From Candidatus Enterousia sp. (GTDB taxonomy: Bacteria > Pseudomonadota > Alphaproteobacteria > Rs-D84), in the NCBI GenBank assembly GCA_045629645.1, contig JAZQRR010000034.1, forward strand, positions 10,996 through 74,995: a stretch of 64,000 nucleotides of DNA, read 5' to 3'. The stretch's first letter is position 1; each line of letters starts with the position of its first letter. Positions 28,038 to 37,429 of the stretch are shown here, piece by piece. The position numbers were made by a program, and so were the translations under genes. The notes beneath the pieces were generated by a model. It had not been told where the DNA came from. It did not search any database and saw nothing but the letters and a program-made list of their open reading frames with translations.

Positions 28038-30851
28038 TTATTCTTTTTTCACACACTTGCCATTGGTTAAATCATAACCATCAACACACTTGGTTATTTT
28101 ACAAGCCGACCAATCGCGCCCCGCCCAAGTTTGTGTCGCACTTGCCGCATTTTCTGGCATATCTGGACAAGTTCTGATTTCAGGGTCACATTTTTTTCCA
28201 TCTGTATTCTTTTCATACATATTATCACATGCAACAACCATACAATCAGTATAAGTTCCATCTGCTTTCAATGTCTGCTTTGCGCTTTTTGCATTAGTGA
28301 TAGCACACTCAACCTCTTCCTTTAAACACTGGTTATTAATATTCTTATAACCTGTTCTACATTGTGAAATCACACAATCTCCCCAATTACTGCCGTTCCA
28401 AGTCTTTACTCCTTGGTCACCGTTATTATCCAGGCACCCCCGTGTTTCCGGCACACATTTATTACCATCTAAATTGTAATGATCTTTACATGTTGTTATC
28501 ACACAGCTGCCCAACGTACCATTTTCTATGGTTGCATACGCTTCTGCAACACCAACCAGATCTCCTGAACAATCAACCTTGGTTCTTTCTTCACATTTAC
28601 CATCTTTCAAGATATAACCATCATTACATGCTGTTGCAACACAAACACCATTCGAATTCTTGTAGCCAGATTTTGCATTAGATGGCAATTCACCCAACTT
28701 GCATCTTTGTTCTGTTGAAATATCTGCAGACCAGTTACGGATATCTGCAACACCAGCATCCAACAAACATTGTTCACGCATAGACGCTGAATTACCAGAC
28801 GCATTCAACGCAATATTTGCTGCACCAGAACCTGTACCATTCAAAATTTCATTTAATGTTACAACATTACGGCATGTATTCTTGGTGTAATCTTGATTAT
28901 TCGAACAACTGTTGCTATCCGCCACATCTATAACTGCCTTGAATTGTGCCGTCGAAGGATTACAAATCATTTCTTCATAACAATGCGGAACATTTGCAAT
29001 CTGGGCACAGTATGTTTTGATACGTGCATCAGGCCAGTTTGGTTCGCTGTCTGCTGTACTTTCATAACAGTCATAAATTTCACTTAAACATTCGTTAAAG
29101 TTCGTACCAGCCTCAATCGCAGCAGTCAAAATTTCTTCTTCTTCTTCTACTGCAAATTCCAGACGTTTTTGTTGCAAGGCTTGTTGTGCTGCAACCTTTT
29201 GATACGCAATATTTTGTGCAGTCGCACGCAGTTGTTCACCATACAAATCGCAATCTGCATTGGCGTCCAACAAATACTTATTCATAATACTGCGACGTGC
29301 ATCCGCAACAGGACCACGCAGATTTGAATAAGGATCCCCAGATGTTGTTGTATAACCAAAACATGACGCACTGGCATTTATAGAACCTGTTGATGTTGAA
29401 CCACGTTCATTCAACGCAATTTCACCAGACGCATTAACATCAATTTTGGAATTATAATTGAACGGACAATTAGAAGACTGACCGTTTGCACACTTGCCAC
29501 CGAACGATGCTGGCGAACCACAAGATTCATAAATACCATTAAAGCAAGAATCCAAGACACGACCACAAACTTCGTTATGCGCATGCGCAAACAGTTGATA
29601 CCCCCATGTATTTGCCAATGTATCTTTGGATTCTTCTGTAACTGACAAAGAAGACCCCAGCCCAGCCAATCCATTAACAACACCAGAAACACCTTCGAAC
29701 GCACTTAACAAAGAATCGTCATTATCTGTCAGGATTGTGATTGTATTTTCTTTGGCCTTGGCCCATGCCTGCAAGTTCGCCAAAATATCAGAACCACTAC
29801 CATTTAAATTCTTGATATCAAAACCAAAATTGTTATTTGAACAGTATTCAGGTTGATTACAAGAAGAAACAACACTTCCATTATTAAATATACCATGCGA
29901 CGAACACCAATCTACCGCCTCTTGCGAAGAAACGCCATGTTCATTTGTAACCTCGCGCCAGGAAACACAGTTCATAACCTGTTCTGCTTCGGTCAACTGG
30001 AACGCATCAGAAACATCTTTACCCCTGTTTGCAATCAACAATGCCAATTCACCAGACGCCTTGATTAATTCTTCATTTGCTGTTTCCAACGCTGCTTCTG
30101 CTTCTGCAAACGCGGTGACACGACCAGCGCATGCACAACGACGCTGTGCCTGATTACGTGCAGTACAAATTTCGTCCATACACGCATAATAAGATTCCAA
30201 ACAATTATTAAACGCATCTGTTGAAATCAAACCGGTTGTTGAATCGATAATATTTGAATAATTCCCCGTATATAATTTATTTGTCAGATAAGAATAAGTT
30301 GTACCACCGGAACTCTTAGAACCACGAATCGCACTACCCTGCAAAGAAACACGTGCAGCATCTGAGTCAACCGCTGTACGTGCACGCACATTACGATTAT
30401 TTGCCGCAGTTGTTCTGTTTGTAACAACCGCACTGCGCGAAACTACATTTCTTTTATTTTCTGTTTGTGCACGGGATGCAGTTGCACGTGAATTTGTTGT
30501 ACGTGACGCAACCGCACGTGTTGCCGCAGCACGAGTTGCATTTGCACGTGCATTACTTGCACGGGCTGTTGCTGTACGGGCAGATATTGCTGGTGTTGCA
30601 ACCGTTGTTCTGGCGACATTAGCACGCGCAGTCGCACGATTACGTGGACTTTCACGCAATGCCGCGCCACGCGCATTACCAGCCGCAACCTGCTGTTGCA
30701 TTAAAACCATCGGGTCATTAATTGGCGCAATTGGATCTGCCAACACAGTACGCATTGACACAAATGTCGAACAAACCAAGAACGCCCCCAACAACAGACA
30801 CGCTGTTCCAATTGCATTCTTAACAGAACTTACGATTTTTTGACTTATCAT
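28038..30851 (-). CDS. Large secreted cysteine-rich modular protein (937 aa)
   Basis: The signal peptide is followed by an Arg/Ala/Thr-rich low-complexity repeat (TARASNARANATRAAATRAVASRTT...). Then come a coiled-coil segment and about five C-terminal ~50-aa Cys modules of the pattern W-G--W--C-I--C--GY-L----C. Confidence 0.6.
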   Translation of the reverse strand: MISQKIVSSVKNAIGTACLLLGAFLVCSTFVSMRTVLADPIAPINDPMVLMQQQVAAGNARGAALRESPRNRATARANVARTTVATPAISARTATARASNARANATRAAATRAVASRTTNSRATASRAQTENKRNVVSRSAVVTNRTTAANNRNVRARTAVDSDAARVSLQGSAIRGSKSSGGTTYSYLTNKLYTGNYSNIIDSTTGLISTDAFNNCLESYYACMDEICTARNQAQRRCACAGRVTAFAEAEAALETANEELIKASGELALLIANRGKDVSDAFQLTEAEQVMNCVSWREVTNEHGVSSQEAVDWCSSHGIFNNGSVVSSCNQPEYCSNNNFGFDIKNLNGSGSDILANLQAWAKAKENTITILTDNDDSLLSAFEGVSGVVNGLAGLGSSLSVTEESKDTLANTWGYQLFAHAHNEVCGRVLDSCFNGIYESCGSPASFGGKCANGQSSNCPFNYNSKIDVNASGEIALNERGSTSTGSINASASCFGYTTTSGDPYSNLRGPVADARRSIMNKYLLDANADCDLYGEQLRATAQNIAYQKVAAQQALQQKRLEFAVEEEEEILTAAIEAGTNFNECLSEIYDCYESTADSEPNWPDARIKTYCAQIANVPHCYEEMICNPSTAQFKAVIDVADSNSCSNNQDYTKNTCRNVVTLNEILNGTGSGAANIALNASGNSASMREQCLLDAGVADIRNWSADISTEQRCKLGELPSNAKSGYKNSNGVCVATACNDGYILKDGKCEERTKVDCSGDLVGVAEAYATIENGTLGSCVITTCKDHYNLDGNKCVPETRGCLDNNGDQGVKTWNGSNWGDCVISQCRTGYKNINNQCLKEEVECAITNAKSAKQTLKADGTYTDCMVVACDNMYEKNTDGKKCDPEIRTCPDMPENAASATQTWAGRDWSACKITKCVDGYDLTNGKCVKKE

Positions 30852-31021
30852 CGAACTCTCCCTGTGTTTCGGTCAACGCCCCAGAAACCCAACCTTTCAT
30901 TAATCCTTGCCATACAAAATGTATGTTTATCTCTGTAATTATATCAATTTTTTAAATATCTGTAAACAACAAAGTACACATTTTACACATAAAAAAACGC
31001 CCCATTATCGGGGCATTTTTA

Positions 31022-32293
31022 TTATTGAACACCTACACTAAATTCATCCCCCCAACCGGCGACAGACTGCCCACCGATTACACAATTAATATCTTCAAAA
31101 CCATCTTCTATCTGATGTTTTTTGATAACACTGCTGGTAATCAGACCACCTGCAGTTCCCAAAACAACCCCAGCGATGGAATCCGACGCCAAACGTGCAG
31201 TATTAAACTTACCTTCTTCGTCTTTCCAAACACTTACTTTAAATCCAGATTCAATATTCTTCAAAACGTTTTCAGCCGCCAAAATTGCCTTACGCGACGC
31301 CGATGTATCCACCGGCGTTGCTGCTTCAACAACAACTGTTACCTCATCGCTTTTTGTACACATAGCATTAACTAAACCTTGAACAGCTGCTCTCGTTTCA
31401 TTAAATTTTCCAACTGTCAAATCTGACTTTTCACACAACGCCTCAAACTTAGAAATTTCCACAAGAACATCCTGCGATGCCTTACATTGCACCTTCCAGG
31501 CACTAATCGTAACCCCAACACTGTCATCACATTGATACGATGCGTTCTCTTCACCCTTGACATTACAATAGCCCTGCAAACCATCATAAGAAAATTCTTG
31601 ATTTTGACCGACACAAACACATTGTGAACCGTCCCACTTTGCAACCGATAACGACAACGAACAACACGCCTTACCCTCTGCCGTTGTACGCGAATCTACG
31701 CAAGAAGTTTTATTTTCCCCTGGCTTTGGAGCTGGCATTGGAGCAGGCTTTGGAGCTGGCATTGGAGCTGGCTTTGGATCTGGCACAGGCTGTGTCTGCC
31801 CAGGTTTCTGACCATGGTCATAATAACAAAAAGCATCCTTAGAAGTAGACGTATAATACTGACTAGCCATATGAACCTTCGCCAACGAATTCGGAACATA
31901 AATATCATAATTACCATGTGTAGTAATTAACCGTTTACCATCAGTAGTACTACACTTGTTTAAACTAGTAGCGCCAACCGAGGCCCATGCATTTCCACCG
32001 CTGGTCGAACATCGATATATACCCACATCATCTTTTGTTTCATTATCCCACACATGAACACCTGTAATAACCGCAAAAGCACCTTCTTCACAAGAACCAT
32101 CTTGAAAGCCACCACAAATCAAAGCCAAACCATTGCTATCTTTGTAATCAGCCAGCGTAGGAAACAAATATTCATTAGAAGACTTCCACGAACTCCACCC
32201 AATATTTAACACTTTTGAACAATTATAGTTATCTGCCACTGCACCGGATACACAACCAAACAAAACCAATACAGACAATAAAATCTTCTTCAT
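31022..32293 (-). CDS. Secreted cysteine-rich protein with a Pro-rich (PAPKPAPM) linker repeat
   Basis: Signal peptide MKKILLSVLVLFGCVSGAVA. The DNA carries the 24-bp repeat ccaaagccagctccaatgccagct, encoding PKPAPMPAPKPAPMPAPKP. There are ~20 Cys residues. Confidence 0.55.
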   Translation of the reverse strand: MKKILLSVLVLFGCVSGAVADNYNCSKVLNIGWSSWKSSNEYLFPTLADYKDSNGLALICGGFQDGSCEEGAFAVITGVHVWDNETKDDVGIYRCSTSGGNAWASVGATSLNKCSTTDGKRLITTHGNYDIYVPNSLAKVHMASQYYTSTSKDAFCYYDHGQKPGQTQPVPDPKPAPMPAPKPAPMPAPKPGENKTSCVDSRTTAEGKACCSLSLSVAKWDGSQCVCVGQNQEFSYDGLQGYCNVKGEENASYQCDDSVGVTISAWKVQCKASQDVLVEISKFEALCEKSDLTVGKFNETRAAVQGLVNAMCTKSDEVTVVVEAATPVDTSASRKAILAAENVLKNIESGFKVSVWKDEEGKFNTARLASDSIAGVVLGTAGGLITSSVIKKHQIEDGFEDINCVIGGQSVAGWGDEFSVGVQ

Positions 32294-32381
32294 AGTCCCT
32301 TCCTATATATTATATCCCTGTAATTCTATCACAAAAAACAGTTTATTCCAAGCAATAAAAAAGCCCCAAACAGGGGATTTT

Positions 32382-33662
32382 TTATTTATATTCACCAATC
32401 AACTGTTGAATCTGGGCGGACAAAACCAAATCTGACGCTTGTTGTTTTTCAATCTGTTTGATTGCATACAAAACTGTTGCATGATCACGACCACCAACAA
32501 AATTACCAATTTCTGTCAAAGACAAACCTGTAACATTCTTTAATACCACCATCATAATCTGACGCGCCAAAACCAATGAACGACTGCGACCATTACCACA
32601 TACTGCATCATAAGACACAGCCAACTTTTCACACATATCTTTAACCATCGCAGATGGTGTTTTTGTTTTCTGCAATGTATCTGCCAACAAACGCTGCGCA
32701 ACAGCCATATCAACCGCAGCACCCATCAAATCTGTATATGTTTTAATTTTTGTTGCAACACCTGCAATTAAATGACCATCATTTGCAATACGTGACGCAA
32801 TCGCATTCGCAACATCCATCGCAACACCTGCGCGCTGTAACATAACTGTTTTAACATGTGCATTTGGCGCACAAACATCTGCAACCAAACCAGACGCCAA
32901 CAAAGATTGTGCACGTCTGTCAAAACCTGTCATATTGTTTGGTGCCGCATTTGAAGTCAAAACAATATTCTTGCCTGCGTTACGCAAATCAACAACCAAT
33001 TGCAAGAATTCATCTGTTGAGGCTTTTTTACCAGACAAACTTTGAACATCATCCAAAATAAATGTATCGCAATTACGGCAAAAATCTTTGAACGCGAAAA
33101 TATTATGTTCTTTCAAGCTGCGTGTAAATTCAGAAACAAACTGTGCGCCACTCATCTTAACAACACGCCCCTGGGCCGCACCTGCGATACATTCTGTTAA
33201 CAATGTTTTACCGCAACCTGCCACACCATAAATAAACAGCGGAGAGAAAGGAACCTTACCCGCCGCCAATTTTTTGCACGCAGACAAAACAAACAAATTT
33301 TCATCACTAGCAACAAACGCATCAAACGCAATAGATGAATCTTGGGACGCAACAACTGGCGCATAAGCCTGTGCCTTGTTATCATTTGCAACTGCCGCAA
33401 CAGACTTAACCGCTGCACTGCGAACAACAACGCGCGCATCTAAACCAAATTCATGTGCAACAGACGCAATTACATTACCGTGAACACTGTTGATAAAATC
33501 TGCTGAAAATTGATTTTGCGCACCCAAAACCAATGTATTATCTGTAACATCAAATGTTAATGGTGCAATCCAAGAAGAAAAACTTGCAGAATCTATTTTT
33601 GCGGCAATGGCCCCCTTGATAACGTCCAAGTTAGTCATTTGAATTTTTGCCACTGTCTGCAT
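32382..33662 (-). CDS. dnaA: Chromosomal replication initiator DnaA
   Basis: AAA+ Walker A GVAGCGKTLL and the C-terminal DNA-binding helix (TEIGNFVGGRDHATVLYAIKQIE). An RBS AAGGAG sits 9 nt upstream of the ATG. Confidence 0.9.
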   Translation of the reverse strand: MQTVAKIQMTNLDVIKGAIAAKIDSASFSSWIAPLTFDVTDNTLVLGAQNQFSADFINSVHGNVIASVAHEFGLDARVVVRSAAVKSVAAVANDNKAQAYAPVVASQDSSIAFDAFVASDENLFVLSACKKLAAGKVPFSPLFIYGVAGCGKTLLTECIAGAAQGRVVKMSGAQFVSEFTRSLKEHNIFAFKDFCRNCDTFILDDVQSLSGKKASTDEFLQLVVDLRNAGKNIVLTSNAAPNNMTGFDRRAQSLLASGLVADVCAPNAHVKTVMLQRAGVAMDVANAIASRIANDGHLIAGVATKIKTYTDLMGAAVDMAVAQRLLADTLQKTKTPSAMVKDMCEKLAVSYDAVCGNGRSRSLVLARQIMMVVLKNVTGLSLTEIGNFVGGRDHATVLYAIKQIEKQQASDLVLSAQIQQLIGEYK

Positions 33663-34104
33663 GTCGTTTTCTCCTTTCCTTCCCTAAAAGAGTTTCCTGC
33701 CCAACTTACAAGGTTGCAAAAGCCACCCGCACAAAACTTAAATATTCTTGTTCAGAACATTTATTTTTATTGCCTACTTCTACTCTCTCGCTATTTGGGT
33801 TGGACACTCATGTTTAACTGATTCTTGTAAATCTGATGATTTTGAAACCAGACCCAGAACCCAGCACAAGTTTCCAAACCACAGACACATCTTTATTTTT
33901 CATCCCAACAAAGACGTATCTTTTTTTAAGCCCCAGTCACAAAACCAAGCCTTAAATTTTGATTGATTTTTTTATCTCTCAATCGGTTTTGGATACGTCA
34001 AATAATTTATAAGATAAAATTCGATTTACAACAAAATATTAACCAAAAAACGAAGATTTATTTTTTGACAACGATTCGTTTTTCTGGCTGTTTTCCGCCA
34101 TTTT

Positions 34105-34137
34105 GTATATACACTGTATATACACTGTATATACATA
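34105..34137. repeat. Three tandem copies of the perfect 10-bp palindrome TGTATATACA (11-bp period)
   Basis: The sequence is tgtatatacac tgtatatacac tgtatatacat. It lies in the dprA-dnaA intergenic region, immediately 3' of dprA. Confidence 0.8.
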
Positions 34138-34144
34138 AAAAACA

Positions 34145-35209
34145 TCAAGCACGAACATATCCGCCGTTAACTTTTCGCACCAAACCCTGCAATTCCAAGA
34201 CAACTAAAATTGACTTGATTTCCGAAATTGGTTTTTTGACAATTTCTGACAATACAGATTCCGATGCAGGAATATTCCCTAATATGTCAATAAGACTAAT
34301 TTCCGATTCGATTTTCGCTGATTTTTTTTCATCTTTTTTTATTTTTTTATCTGTTTGAAAAAAATCATCCGGCCCCATACATAATTTTGCATCACCGCTG
34401 CGAATTAATGAATTTGGTCCCAACGCCCTTGAATCCAAGGGGTGCGACGGAATCGCCCACAAATCACGTCCATAACCAATTGCGAATCGTGCCGTTGTCA
34501 TTGAACCAGACTTTAAATCAGCCTCGCCCAGGATAACTGTATCCGCCAAACCCGCAACCCATCTGTTACGCTGCACAAAATTATTTGCAACCGGCACGAA
34601 ACCAACAGGCATCTCGCTGACAATCGCACCACGTTCTAATATTTGATAATACAACGATTCGTTTTCCAGCGGCCAAATATAATCAACCCCACCCGCCAAA
34701 ACCGCAATCGTTTGCGCATCCCCATCAGCACGCAAGGCCCCACGATGCGCCGCCGTATCTGTACCAATCGCCATCCCAGACACAACCACACCAGAATTTT
34801 CTACAATCCGTTGTGCAATCGATGAAACCATCTCCATCCCCGCCGCAGTCGCATGGCGCGTACCGATAACAGAAAACATCTTTTTCGACAATACTTTTAA
34901 ATTTCCCCTGACTGATATCACAGGCGGATGATTTTTTACCCTGCGCAACGCATCCGGATACAACACATCATCATCAGACACATACACAACCCCCAACGCA
35001 CTGGCCCGCTCCATCTCACGCAATACCGATTCATGCACACCTGTATCTATTGACACAGCCCCTGCCGCAGCATCAACACTACCAAACTGCCTAACCAACT
35101 GCGCATAACGCACCGGTCCAACACCAGGGGTTCTTAATAACAACAATTTATTAAATAAATCTGACATAATATACAAGTATAAGGAAAAAATAATATCCTT
35201 TACCAACAA
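34145..35209 (-). CDS. dprA: DNA processing protein DprA (Smf)
   Basis: Rossmann-like DprA core (SGMAIGTDTAAHRGAL...TIAVLAGGVDYIWP) and an N-terminal SAM-like region. The start codon may be the internal Met (MSDLFNK, ~35167). Confidence 0.8.
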   Translation of the reverse strand: MLVKDIIFSLYLYIMSDLFNKLLLLRTPGVGPVRYAQLVRQFGSVDAAAGAVSIDTGVHESVLREMERASALGVVYVSDDDVLYPDALRRVKNHPPVISVRGNLKVLSKKMFSVIGTRHATAAGMEMVSSIAQRIVENSGVVVSGMAIGTDTAAHRGALRADGDAQTIAVLAGGVDYIWPLENESLYYQILERGAIVSEMPVGFVPVANNFVQRNRWVAGLADTVILGEADLKSGSMTTARFAIGYGRDLWAIPSHPLDSRALGPNSLIRSGDAKLCMGPDDFFQTDKKIKKDEKKSAKIESEISLIDILGNIPASESVLSEIVKKPISEIKSILVVLELQGLVRKVNGGYVRA

Positions 35210-35238
35210 AAAATCCGCGAACGCGGATTTTTATATTC

Positions 35239-36096
35239 TTAACTTGCTAAATCAAACAAACTATCATACTTAGTGCATATTGATTCTATTGCAGAATCAT
35301 CCGCATCATCCCATATATTTTTTTCACATTCTGCCTTTAACTTGCGTAAATTCTTGATATAATTATCGTATTCAGATGCATTTTCCTTGGCCAAGACAGA
35401 CAACTGTGAACGCAACAATTGATCACCCTGCAAAGACTTTTGACCTTCGACCTTGCCACCAATCAATTTATTTCCAAACAATTCCATTGCACCAACACCA
35501 ATACCTGCACCACCAACAACGCCACCAACAGTTCCCCACACACGCGCCGTCTTTTTAGCATCCAATATTCTCTGACGCAAAGTTTCTTCGTTCGCCCATG
35601 TTCCGCATGTTATACTGCGTCCCATTTCAAAATACTTACTTGGAATATCTGAAACATCAATTTTCGAATCGTTTGATTTTATATCAACCTTAACAAAACA
35701 AACATTATTTTCAGGTTCTTCCACGTCTTCTATCATCGTAGAATAATTATTCAAATTACTGTAACGTGACGCCCACACAAAAGTATTTCCCATACCAACA
35801 TTATTAGACATACATGCGTTACGTTCTTTTTCGCGCATATCTTTTTTAACCGCAGGAACCGCCTGTTCTGGTGTAATCGCCATACTACCAACTGCGATTG
35901 CCTGTTGCTGTGCCGAAACAGGGTTTGCCGTCATCGCCGCGGCCGCCAGTTGATTTTTCGATGCAACCACAGCACGAGCATCCGTATTAGTATAAGAATT
36001 TACCGACGCACGACCACGTGGATTATTCGGCGTCACCGCATCAGCAGCCCCCCCCAGAAACAAAATAGAAAAAAACACACTTATAAAATATTTCAT
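35239..36096 (-). CDS. Hypothetical secreted protein
   Basis: Signal peptide MKYFISVFFSILFLGGAADA. 285 aa with no recognisable motif. Confidence 0.45.
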   Translation of the reverse strand: MKYFISVFFSILFLGGAADAVTPNNPRGRASVNSYTNTDARAVVASKNQLAAAAMTANPVSAQQQAIAVGSMAITPEQAVPAVKKDMREKERNACMSNNVGMGNTFVWASRYSNLNNYSTMIEDVEEPENNVCFVKVDIKSNDSKIDVSDIPSKYFEMGRSITCGTWANEETLRQRILDAKKTARVWGTVGGVVGGAGIGVGAMELFGNKLIGGKVEGQKSLQGDQLLRSQLSVLAKENASEYDNYIKNLRKLKAECEKNIWDDADDSAIESICTKYDSLFDLAS

Positions 36097-36197
36097 ATCC
36101 TCTTCCCTTATTTGCCAATTCATTATACCACAAAAAGGCAAAAAAATAAAGCATTAATATAAATAAAAAAAAAGGGGCACACAGCCCCCTTGATATA

Positions 36198-36785
36198 TTA
36201 TTTTTTCCACTTCCACTCTATTTTTGATTCTGTTCCACTTATCAAACGTTTAATATTTTCGCGATGACGCCACATGCACAGCAACCCGATTGCCAAGAAC
36301 ACCCAACCAAAATTCCAACCCAAAATAAACCCCAGTACAGGAATCTGACAAAATACAACCGTCGCCCCAAACGAAGATTTACCACTAGTTAACGCAACCA
36401 CCAGCCACTCAATCGCACATATAACAAACGCAATCGGACTGACCGCCAGCAAAACACCAAACATCGAAGAAATTCCTTTACCCCCCTTGAACTTTAACCA
36501 CACAGGATAACAATGCCCAACAATCGCAGCAAATCCACACCATGCACCGAACACATCACCTGCAACATATCTGCCTATAAACACAGCAATAATCGCCTTG
36601 GCCATATCCAGCAACCACACAGCCCCAGCCATACGCAATCCACCGACACGCATAACATTTGTTGCCCCAATATTACCACTGCCAACTTTGCGCAAATCAC
36701 CCTTGCCCATCATTTTTGTCAGCAACAAGCCCATTGGCACAGAACCCAACAAATAAGAAATAATTAAAGTAATTAAGTAAGTCAT
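36198..36785 (-). CDS. plsY: Glycerol-3-phosphate acyltransferase PlsY
   Basis: GSGNIGATN motif and multi-TM topology. Confidence 0.85.
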   Translation of the reverse strand: MTYLITLIISYLLGSVPMGLLLTKMMGKGDLRKVGSGNIGATNVMRVGGLRMAGAVWLLDMAKAIIAVFIGRYVAGDVFGAWCGFAAIVGHCYPVWLKFKGGKGISSMFGVLLAVSPIAFVICAIEWLVVALTSGKSSFGATVVFCQIPVLGFILGWNFGWVFLAIGLLCMWRHRENIKRLISGTESKIEWKWKK

Positions 36786-36858
36786 GTTATTTTTCCTTGA
36801 TTTTATGTTTGTTTTTTATAAAATACCAGAATCAAAACAAAAATAAAAGGAAAATAAC

Positions 36859-37119
36859 GTGGCAAATCATAAGTCATCTGATAAAAGAATTTTGGTAACT
36901 GCCAAAAAGAACGCAATCAATACTGCACGTCGCAGTGCGGTGAAAACCGCCACTAAAAAGGCATTGGTTGCAATTGAATCTGGCGACAAGGCTGCTGCAA
37001 CAACAGCAATGCGCAACGCAGAAAGTAAAATCATGAAATCTGCTGGTAAAATTATGCCAAAGAAACGCGCAGCTCGCAAGATTTCACGTTTGGCGAAAAA
37101 AATGTCTAAAATGGCATAA
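36859..37119 (+). CDS. rpsT: 30S ribosomal protein S20
   Basis: 86-aa basic protein; MANHKSSDKRI...AKKNAINTARRSA is a typical bS20. Confidence 0.9.
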   Translation: MANHKSSDKRILVTAKKNAINTARRSAVKTATKKALVAIESGDKAAATTAMRNAESKIMKSAGKIMPKKRAARKISRLAKKMSKMA

Positions 37120-37132
37120 CCAAGAAGTCTTA

Positions 37133-37168
37133 TAAAAAAAATCCCCGATTGGGGATTTTTTTTATATT
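37133..37168. terminator. Rho-independent terminator after rpsT
   Basis: aaaaaaaatccccgattggggatttttttt. Confidence 0.6.
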
Positions 37169-37180
37169 TTTATAATCCAA

Positions 37181-37429
37181 CAGACGTTTAGATATCTTGC
37201 CAACACCGCTTGTAGATGTGCTTTGCCATAAATAAATTAGAACGATTTAGATACAAGTAGTGCCAGCAACGTAGTGTACAGAAGTTACATGAGCCATCGG
37301 GACCGACCGTAGATATGCCTTATTATAAATAAATTAGAATGATTTAGATAAAAGTAGTGCCGGCAACGTAGTGTACAAATGCTACATGAGTTGCCGGCAC
37401 CGCTTGTAGATAAATTATTATAATTTATT
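37181..37429. repeat. Second locus of the same palindromic repeat family (2-3 copies, first copies degenerate)
   Basis: It contains ...TTAGAATGATTTAGATAAAAGTAGTGCCGGCAACGTAGTGTACAAATGCTACATGAGTTGCCGGCACCGCTTGTAGATAAATTATTATAATTTATTTT, near-identical to the 15.45-kb locus. It ends exactly at the stop codon of the secretin gene. Confidence 0.85.

Noticed and set aside
33663-34144. Considered annotating the dnaA upstream region as oriC.
   Set aside because: The region is AT-rich and non-coding, but I could not find consensus DnaA boxes (TTATCCACA/TGTGGATAA), only 6/9 matches. dnaN is not adjacent to dnaA here. Replication origins in alphaproteobacteria are frequently not next to dnaA.
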